A stretch of 5,742 nt of DNA, taken from the NCBI GenBank assembly GCA_018985225.1, contig JADGIF010000633.1:1-5742 (forward strand), read 5' to 3'. The position numbers were made by a program, and so were the translations under genes. The DNA comes from Amoeboradix gromovi X-113. Its lineage: Eukaryota > Fungi > Sanchytriomycota. The notes under the pieces were generated by a model. That model made no database searches, was not told the DNA's origin, and saw only the letters and a program-made list of their open reading frames with translations. Shown piece after piece: positions 1 to 5,742 of this stretch. The number at the start of each line of letters is the position of its first letter. The first letter of the stretch is position 1.

Positions 1-51
1 TAAATCATCTTTCTATAAATTAAAATGTTGAAATATTCTGATAATTATTGA

Positions 52-123
52 TTGAGATATTTCAGTTTGAAATTAATATTGCAAATCAAATATAAAAATT
101 AGACTAACTTTTCAAACCAATCA
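52..123 (+). repeat. Left copy of imperfect 72-bp inverted repeat (candidate terminal/subterminal inverted repeat)
   Basis: TTGAGATATTTCAGTTTGAAATTAATATTGCAAATCAAATATAAAAATTAGACTAACTTTTCAAACCAATCA matches the reverse complement of 5462-5533 at 63/72 positions without gaps. Confidence 0.9.
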
Positions 124-260
124 GATTGTTTGATTTTATAGAGCTTTGTTATTCAAAAAACTAGACTCTTTTTATTGTAACGAATAAAGGACAAAATGAC
201 AATATAGAAGAAAATGTAATTGGTAAATATAGAATTCATAAATTACAGTCTTGAAATAAT

Positions 261-647
261 TTATTTAAAAATCTTACTATGATTTCCATTTTCATAATAC
301 AAAGATCTAAATATCATTGAAATCTTGACTTCACTGATTTCAGTAATACCAAAACTATCAAAAGTAATCGTATTTCCATTAGATGTTGTTGCACCAATCT
401 GCCATAACGATATAATATTGCTCTGATTTAATCCTTGTTCTTCAACCCAGTTTATAATTTTCGATGCGATCTGGGCATATAATAATGGTTGCATATCCAA
501 AACAGAAGAAAATATACTAACAAGCCCATTAACTCTCAATTTAAACCCAGTATCACTATCATCAAGTGTTTCAGCTGTTATGCATTCTATATAATGAGGA
601 AATAGCTCAGAATATTTCATTTCTATTTCATCGTCATAAATACTCAT
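261..647 (-). CDS. Hypothetical protein, 128 aa (small cargo family member A)
   Basis: ATG-to-TAA ORF; AATAAA overlaps the stop (260-265, minus strand); upstream motif shared with two other small ORFs; protein similarity to the 2685-3074 ORF. Confidence 0.8.
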   Translation of the reverse strand: MSIYDDEIEMKYSELFPHYIECITAETLDDSDTGFKLRVNGLVSIFSSVLDMQPLLYAQIASKIINWVEEQGLNQSNIISLWQIGATTSNGNTITFDSFGITEISEVKISMIFRSLYYENGNHSKIFK

Positions 648-680
648 ATAATTATATACATTTATTCTTTCAACTTGATT
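648..680 (-). promoter_or_regulatory. Shared upstream motif AAAG(G)AATAA of the small cargo genes
   Basis: Minus strand reads AATCAAGTTGAAAGAATAAATGTATATAATTAT-ATG. 659-680 matches 3441-3462 at 17/22 and resembles TTTAAAGGAATAAATATATAAATAGAA-ATG upstream of the 3074 start. Confidence 0.5.
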
Positions 681-821
681 TGTCAGAACTATATGAAACC
701 CAACATCAAACTATGATTGGTAGATACAAGAATTTCTAAGGAAAAGTAGATGATTGACAGAACAGGAAATCACTATAAAAAATTGACTAAAGTAACAAGT
801 AAAAATTCATTCCTAATATCT

Positions 822-903
822 ATTGGATTCAAACTTGATTAACTACTATATCGTCATTGGTTAACAACAGCTAAACGTACAACGTTTTTGGTATAAATAG
901 AAA
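822..903 (+). promoter_or_regulatory. Putative Pol II promoter of the transposase: two reverse CCAAT boxes plus a TATA box
   Basis: ATTGG at 822-826 and 856-860; TATAAATAG at 892-900, about 42 nt before the ATG at 942. The motifs are conserved in the inverted duplicate at 3354-3409. Confidence 0.6.
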
Positions 904-941
904 CCAACTCTCTACTTTTCACTTTCACAACTTTACGTTCG

Positions 942-2657
942 ATGTCTCAAAATCCATTTCATTCCCAAGATTCCATCTTTAGATTTGGCTTGAATGATAA
1001 CCTGATAGCCACTCCAAACACATTACAAGATAACAGTATTATCATAAATGATACCACATCATTAATTGATCAAGAAGTTTTTATTGAAGAATGGTTACAG
1101 AGATCTGCTTCACTTTCCTGTTGTAGTATCTGTTGCATGCAAAATATACATCCCACTAAACTAACTGACTTCAAAGAAAAATTTCAGTCTATGGATAAAC
1201 ATGAACAAGAATCCTTCATTAAAGGTATCCTTCTCTCTTGTCAGAAAGAACAACGTCAAGATAGAAAAGTCTTTGAGTACACTCTCTTTCCACTTGGAAA
1301 ATTATGTCGTAAAGCTTTTTGTCATCTTGTGTCCATGTCTAACCAAAAATTACAGAATATCATTAATAGCATGGATCTCAAATGGACTAGGAGAATTCAT
1401 GGAAATAAAGATAAAATATTCCTACATGCCTTTACCTTTGATCAGAAGGAAAGTATCTTAAATTGGATAAAGACATTTGCCGATCAGAATGGAGAACCTA
1501 GACCTGGAAGACTTTATATTAAAATTGATAGAACTAGGAGAATAAGAGATACTGATATTCTATGGTTACCAGCTGACTTGACGATATCTAAATTACATGG
1601 TATCTATTCCAGAGACAATGATACTTTGAACATCAATGTAGAAACGTTTAGAAAGTATTTTAAGTTGTGTGAGACGATTAAAATCAAATCTGGAAAGTCG
1701 GATGTTTGTGACACCTGCACTGTCTTTCGAGAACAATTAAATGTCCCTGAGCTGTCTGAAAGCTCTAGTATAACGCTTACAACAGACTTTCAGCTACATT
1801 TAAGACAAGCTAAATTGGCTAGATTAGATTATAAAAATGATCATACAAGATTAGGATTCACTCATCTCTCGTTTGATTTCTCTCAGAATCTAAGTTTACC
1901 TCAATTACATGACCAGCCAAGCGACTTGTACTTCATGTCTCTGTTGAACATCAATCTCTTTGGAATACATAATGAAACCCATCATCGTCAAATGAATTAC
2001 ATTTATCGAGAAGATCAAGGCAAGAAGGCAAGTAATAATGTGGCAACGTTATTATTAGATTACATTTACTGTCTACCAAAGGAACAAAGGTTAAATTTGA
2101 TTTTACACGCAGACAACTGTGTTGGACAAAACAAGAACAATACCATTCTTAAATTGCTGAGTTGGCTATGTTTACTTGGGAAATGTAATACCATAGAATT
2201 TAAATTCATGATGAAAGGACATACCAAGTTTAGTCCAGACAGCTGCTTTGGTCACATCAAGAAGAAATTCGCAAGAGAGAATGTTTATACTTTGAACCAA
2301 TTAAAGTCTGTTGTAGAAACGTCTTCAGTTACTAATGAATGCAAGATATTTCCAGGTCATAGATTCAAGGACTATCGATCTAAACTTGATTTGATATTTG
2401 AGGATATCTCAGGAATTGCCAAATATCATGTCTTTGTGTTTAACTCTGAACACCCTGGTGTCGTGTATTGTAAGAAACTTGTCAATGATGCTAATGTTAT
2501 AGAATTTGAAACTCTTATTGAAGACGACTTGAGTCAAAATGATTATTTATTTGTACCTGATCCCTTAGAGCCATCTGAGTTGACTGAAAGAAAGAAAAGA
2601 GACATTAATCGTGTATTAAGATATATTCCAGAAGACTTTCATACATTTTACAATTAA
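942..2657 (+). CDS. DDD-type eukaryotic DNA transposase, Sola1-like (DUF7869-type), 571 aa
   Basis: Motifs SFDFSQNLSLP (D312), LHADNCVGQNKN (D391) and KGHTKFSPDSCFG (H427, D433) give a candidate DDD triad. Also DVCDTC...H286, CRKAF, HGN and an N-terminal CCxxCC cluster. The ORF is uninterrupted and AATAAA follows the stop (2658-2663). Family assignment is from motif recall, not a search. Confidence 0.85.
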   Translation: MSQNPFHSQDSIFRFGLNDNLIATPNTLQDNSIIINDTTSLIDQEVFIEEWLQRSASLSCCSICCMQNIHPTKLTDFKEKFQSMDKHEQESFIKGILLSCQKEQRQDRKVFEYTLFPLGKLCRKAFCHLVSMSNQKLQNIINSMDLKWTRRIHGNKDKIFLHAFTFDQKESILNWIKTFADQNGEPRPGRLYIKIDRTRRIRDTDILWLPADLTISKLHGIYSRDNDTLNINVETFRKYFKLCETIKIKSGKSDVCDTCTVFREQLNVPELSESSSITLTTDFQLHLRQAKLARLDYKNDHTRLGFTHLSFDFSQNLSLPQLHDQPSDLYFMSLLNINLFGIHNETHHRQMNYIYREDQGKKASNNVATLLLDYIYCLPKEQRLNLILHADNCVGQNKNNTILKLLSWLCLLGKCNTIEFKFMMKGHTKFSPDSCFGHIKKKFARENVYTLNQLKSVVETSSVTNECKIFPGHRFKDYRSKLDLIFEDISGIAKYHVFVFNSEHPGVVYCKKLVNDANVIEFETLIEDDLSQNDYLFVPDPLEPSELTERKKRDINRVLRYIPEDFHTFYN

Positions 2658-2684
2658 AATAAATATTGAATGTAAATTACTTTT

Positions 2685-3074
2685 TTACTTTGATTTGTCA
2701 TTCTGTTTAATTTCACCAATTTGAATACCAGTGGTCCAACACCAGCATGAAAAGTAAATCTCTGGATCATAGTAAATTTTACCACCTTCAATCAAACTTC
2801 CATTTACACCTACAAAATTAGTAAAAGCAATGATCTGGGCATTGGTTGGTTTATTTGCTTCCGTTACATTCTTGAAATGATCTCCAGATATTTCATAAAA
2901 ATGAATATCTCTTGTCTTGTCGTTCCTAATTTGACCATTGATTGATGGAAATTCTTTTCCTATTTCATAAAATCTACTATTCAAAGCATTTCTTTTATCT
3001 CCTGTTCTTTTATCATCATATGTAAATTTGAAAAATTCTTCACCATACATTTCTTCAACTTCATTGGTTTCCAT
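2685..3074 (-). CDS. Hypothetical protein, 129 aa (small cargo family member B)
   Basis: ATG-to-TAA ORF converging on the transposase across a 27-bp gap; aligns by eye with the 261-647 protein; shared upstream motif. Confidence 0.8.
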   Translation of the reverse strand: METNEVEEMYGEEFFKFTYDDKRTGDKRNALNSRFYEIGKEFPSINGQIRNDKTRDIHFYEISGDHFKNVTEANKPTNAQIIAFTNFVGVNGSLIEGGKIYYDPEIYFSCWCWTTGIQIGEIKQNDKSK

Positions 3075-3161
3075 TTCTATTTATATATTTATTCCTTTAA
3101 ACTCATGACTTTTTTTTTGCCATACCAATATCAATCAAGCCAATGGAATAAAAGTCATCTG

Positions 3162-3326
3162 TCAGCAATATGGAATATGACCATTCGCTAGTAGTGCCAA
3201 CTTAAACAGTGTATTTATTTTCAACGGAAGTGGAGTGGTTGTCAGATCCTGTTGTGCTGATGGTGTAAATTGAATTCTTGAATCTTGAGAGTAAAATGGA
3301 TTGACGACGTTGATGTGCGATGTCAT
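3162..3326 (-). CDS. 54-aa ORF homologous to the transposase N-terminus (micropeptide or truncated transposase relic): MTSHINVVNPFYSQDSRIQFTPSAQQDLTTTPLPLKINTLFKLALLANGHIPYC
   Basis: Manual translation from ATG(3326) to TGA(3162). NPFYSQDS vs transposase NPFHSQDS. DNA 3280-3302 (rc) matches 951-973 at 20/23 and 3231-3245 (rc) matches 1002-1016 at 13/15. Confidence 0.55.
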   Translation of the reverse strand: MTSHINVVNPFYSQDSRIQFTPSAQQDLTTTPLPLKINTLFKLALLANGHIPYC

Positions 3327-3353
3327 TGAGATACACTTTCGAGGTTGTTGTCT

Positions 3354-3409
3354 CTATTTATGTACTTTTAACCAATGAACGATGTGTTCCGTGAGAGCAG
3401 TACACCAAT
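3354..3409 (-). promoter_or_regulatory. Inverted diverged copy of the transposase promoter (two CCAAT boxes plus a TATA-like box)
   Basis: Minus-strand ATCGTTCATTGGTTAA (3368-3383) vs ATCGTCATTGGTTAA (850-864); CATAAATAGAGAC vs TATAAATAGAAAC. The CCAAT boxes at 3372 and 3405 are 33 bp apart, versus 34 bp in the transposase promoter. Confidence 0.6.
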
Positions 3410-3479
3410 GGCAGCAAGACTACTGTTTATAACAGAAATGAATCAATTTAAAGAAATAAAGGAATAAGTAATAACAAAC

Positions 3480-3764
3480 ATGATAGATATCCAGGCATCT
3501 ATGATAAAATTATTTCCAGAATATGAACAACAGTTACCATCAGACTATCATAGAGAGTATTTTAAATTTATGACAGTTAAAAATAGAAACCACGAGTGGG
3601 AAATTTTTAAACAAACTTCAAGTGACAGACATGGTGTTCCTAGAAATGAATATCGCTATTATTTAAGACGAGACCATGAAACACCTAGCGAATATCAAGA
3701 ATACTTCATATTTTATAAAGATTCTTTGGGAGACTGTTTGAAAGCAATTGAATATGAATGGTAA
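3480..3764 (+). CDS. Hypothetical protein, 94 aa (probable distant small cargo family member C)
   Basis: ATG-to-TAA ORF; AATAAA overlaps the stop (3763-3768); upstream motif AAAGGAATAAG; N-terminus DIQASMIKLFPEY resembles EIEMKYSELFPHY of the 261-647 protein. Confidence 0.72.
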   Translation: MIDIQASMIKLFPEYEQQLPSDYHREYFKFMTVKNRNHEWEIFKQTSSDRHGVPRNEYRYYLRRDHETPSEYQEYFIFYKDSLGDCLKAIEYEW

Positions 3765-3804
3765 TAAATTTTATTTTGTACGTGCATTTTGACAACTCAA
3801 AATG
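3763..3804. terminator. Putative bidirectional 3'-end signal between convergent genes
   Basis: AATAAA-T-TTTATT (3763-3775) gives a polyadenylation hexamer on each strand. It is followed by a perfect 8-bp hairpin CATTTTGA-CAAC-TCAAAATG (3785-3804). Confidence 0.45.
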
Positions 3805-3859
3805 ATTACCAGTAATCCAATAATATATCGCAAATGCGCAATCAATTTAGAATCAATAA

Positions 3860-4474
3860 CTAAGTTACAAATAAAATACTAGTGGGACCTGTTCTTGATA
3901 GAGTCAAATCATACATTCTACACAATACCTGGATTCTACAAATATCTTCCGTTTTTGATAATAACTTGGTATCATCTGGGTGCATGGTTAAGCTTTCTAA
4001 CTTAGAAATTATAGCATTAAAAAATTCATCCACTTCCTCTAAGTCTAAAGATTTGTTATCTTTCATCAATCCTCCTAAAGAACCATCCGCTCTATTACCA
4101 ACTTCAATATTCAAATGATTATAATGGTTTGTCAATTGATTCATTTCAGATTTTGAAAGTTGTAAGATGTCTTGAGATGACTTCTGTTCAAAATCAGAAA
4201 CAAAATCTTTAAACTGTTTGTATCCGCCCATTCCTTTATTGCTACCTTTGAAGGAAAATGTTCTACATAGATCTAATAGCGGTGTATACGCTGTACCTTG
4301 AATACCATAATTATATTGCAAAAGATAACTTCTGATTAACATGGCCAATAAATGGGCGTTAACTTCACCGCCATGTAGAGTCAATAGTCTGTGGATTTCC
4401 GCCTCATAATCTGATCTAGATAATAGACTCAAAAGACGTTCTATTTCTCTAATTAATTCTTTTCGATCTCTCAT
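3860..4474 (-). CDS. Hypothetical protein, ~204 aa, probably mostly alpha-helical; unknown function
   Basis: Long ORF in AT-rich DNA. The track start at 4498 is a TTG; the first in-frame ATG (MRDRKE...) is at 4474. A CCAAT/TATA arrangement lies upstream. Confidence 0.8.
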   Translation of the reverse strand: MRDRKELIREIERLLSLLSRSDYEAEIHRLLTLHGGEVNAHLLAMLIRSYLLQYNYGIQGTAYTPLLDLCRTFSFKGSNKGMGGYKQFKDFVSDFEQKSSQDILQLSKSEMNQLTNHYNHLNIEVGNRADGSLGGLMKDNKSLDLEEVDEFFNAIISKLESLTMHPDDTKLLSKTEDICRIQVLCRMYDLTLSRTGPTSILFVT

Positions 4475-4530
4475 TGTCAAAATAGAGATGTTCAACAATT
4501 TATGAAATAATTTTAAGACGTTACATGCCT

Positions 4531-4574
4531 TTATTTATATTCTCAAATAATGAATATTACATCATGGTACCAAT
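4531..4574 (-). promoter_or_regulatory. Putative promoter of the 204-aa gene (reverse CCAAT plus TATA)
   Basis: On the minus strand, ATTGG (4570-4574) is followed 30 nt later by TATAAATAA (4531-4539). The transposase promoter has the same geometry with a 31-nt gap. Confidence 0.45.
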
Positions 4575-5380
4575 AAGTCACAATCACATTCATGGCGCAA
4601 TACTTGAACAAAATATGGTACACGTCACCTTGAGTTAAATACACTGGTGTATTTCCAGATGTGATGAAGTGCAGTGTACACCATCATTTAGTACGCCTGA
4701 AAGTACACTTGCATTCCATTTGGAATATGTAAAATGACGGATTGGTGTAATTAAATGAGTGACGGCAGTGACGAGACAGACAATTGTAGTGGAATATAAC
4801 AAACCATGGTGCACTGAAAGAGTGATTGAGTTGGTCTGTAATGAAATCTTTACAGAAAGAGGGTCAAAGGTTTTTGATAAGTAAATTTTATTTATTAAAA
4901 CACTATTTTAAATACAAATGTCTTTATTTAAATGATAGTAGAAACGCATGACCTTTATAGTTTTAGTTCTTTAAAAAGCAGAGTAGATGAAATAGTCCAT
5001 GTTTTGTTTAAATCTGATTAAAAACAAGCAAAATAATGATAGAAAATTAGAAGAAATTGGATTCAATAATTAAAACAGTAGTTTATTTGATTGGATGGAA
5101 AATTTATCTAATATTTGTAGTGTTTATCTGACTTTTGACTTTAACATCGATTATCTCAAAATGATACTTTTGTAAAGTATCTGGTTATTGTAGCGTGTGT
5201 CCAATATGAGTTTGAAAGTGTTCTCCATGTGAATTTTTCATTCAGGTTGTTATAAAAATCACACTATTGATATATCAGAAGTAGCGACGTGTATTTACCA
5301 ATCATATTTCGTTGCAATTTACTTTAAAAATCATTTCCAATGGACTAAAAATATATTTTCATTAAAACCAGTACATTCTT

Positions 5381-5582
5381 CTTAGTTTTTATTTTGATTT
5401 GTCCAAAGTCTAAATAGTTAGTTGATTGGCTTAAATGATTGGAAAGTTTTTTTGTGTAATTTGATTGGTTAAAAGAGTTAATCTAGTTTTCATATTTGAA
5501 TTGCAATATTAACTTCAAATTGAAATATCTCAAAATGAAAATTTTCGACTTAGTCTAGTTTTTATATTTGATGTCCCAAATG
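5381..5582 (-). repeat. Degenerate subterminal motif array (consensus ~TCAAATATAAAAACTAGA on the minus strand)
   Basis: Copies at ~5381-5400, ~5482-5499 and ~5551-5572. The last matches the left-end sequence ATCAAATATAAAAATTAGACTA at 21/22. A partial plus-strand copy, AAAAACTAGACT, lies at 156-167. Confidence 0.65.
5462..5533 (-). repeat. Right copy of imperfect 72-bp inverted repeat
   Basis: Reverse complement matches 52-123 at 63/72. Confidence 0.9.
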
Positions 5583-5635
5583 CAGTAACATCTCATTTAA
5601 GAAATAAACACTTCGCTGTTACGATAAGTTGAAAC

Positions 5636-5683
5636 TAAAATTCATTTGCAAGCATTTTGTGATTTAAAATTCATTTGCAAGCA
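5636..5683 (+). repeat. Direct repeat, 2 x TAAAATTCATTTGCAAGCA (19 bp, period 29 bp)
   Basis: Exact copies at 5636-5654 and 5665-5683, each followed by a similar T-rich TGATT(T)AAAA tail. Confidence 0.85.
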
Positions 5684-5742
5684 GGATTTTTTGATTAAAA
5701 GCCAAGTCCTATACTCACTTGATCCCAATGGGGACACCAAAT

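Larger units (their letters stand above)
52..5533. mobile_element. Putative Sola1-like cut-and-paste DNA transposon (~5.5 kb) carrying small accessory genes; exact termini uncertain (right end may extend to ~5577)
   Basis: An intact DDD transposase ORF lies between two copies of a 72-bp imperfect inverted repeat. No convincing target-site duplication was found, so the boundaries are inferred. Confidence 0.55.

Noticed and set aside
43-56. Target-site duplication or GAG...CTC Sola2/3-type termini (54-56 / 5529-5531)
   Set aside because: Flanks GATT vs AAAA do not match. An AATT pair (43-46 / 5540-5543) exists but is palindromic and common in AT-rich DNA.
1201-1461. 86-aa ORF in the track
   Set aside because: Out-of-frame overlap wholly inside the transposase, with no independent signals; probably a shadow ORF.
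3103-3201. Minus frame VGTTSEWSYSILLTDDFYSIGLIDIG resembling IGATTS...FDSFGITEI of the 128-aa protein
   Set aside because: Too short and gapped, no start codon; not distinguishable from chance by eye.
3882-4118. 78-aa plus-strand ORF in the track
   Set aside because: Antisense shadow of the longer 204-aa gene, with Ser/Leu-rich composition typical of such frames.
4475-4498. TTG start extension of the 212-aa ORF
   Set aside because: The context looks eukaryotic and no Shine-Dalgarno is apparent; the ATG at 4474 is the more plausible start.
4729-4779. In-frame 51-nt GT...AG intron that would remove two TGA stops
   Set aside because: No polypyrimidine tract or clear branch site, the other genes here lack introns, and a third stop at 4636 remains.
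2658-4900. Fanzor/TnpB RNA-guided nuclease cargo
   Set aside because: No ORF is long enough or shows RuvC or zinc-finger motifs of TnpB/Fanzor.
5095-5385. Stop-interrupted frame with YLTFDF / MSL / EVAT, reminiscent of transposase HLSFDF / MSL / NVAT
   Set aside because: Only tripeptide-level matches with inconsistent spacing, three internal stops and no DNCxGQNKN; could easily be chance.
5636-5700. CRISPR-like repeat-spacer pattern
   Set aside because: Only two 19-bp copies with a 10-bp spacer resembling the following tail, and no cas genes; a simple tandem duplication.

Overview
AT-rich, intron-less, eukaryote-style window (TATA and CCAAT promoter motifs, AATAAA at several gene ends). Its core is an apparently intact 571-aa DDD transposase gene (942-2657) that I recognise by motif as Sola1/DUF7869-like. 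An imperfect 72-bp inverted repeat (52-123 / 5462-5533, 63/72 identical) brackets almost the whole window, suggesting a ~5.5-kb cargo-carrying DNA transposon. Four small unknown ORFs lie between the repeats; by manual alignment three of them (128, 129 and 94 aa) look like diverged paralogues and share an upstream motif. A 54-aa ORF missing from the ORF track (3162-3326, minus) repeats the transposase N-terminus (NPFYSQDS vs NPFHSQDS) and its CCAAT/TATA promoter. The 'small gene <- promoter -> transposase start' module therefore appears to have been duplicated in inverted orientation inside the element. All alignments were done by eye and no database searches were run.
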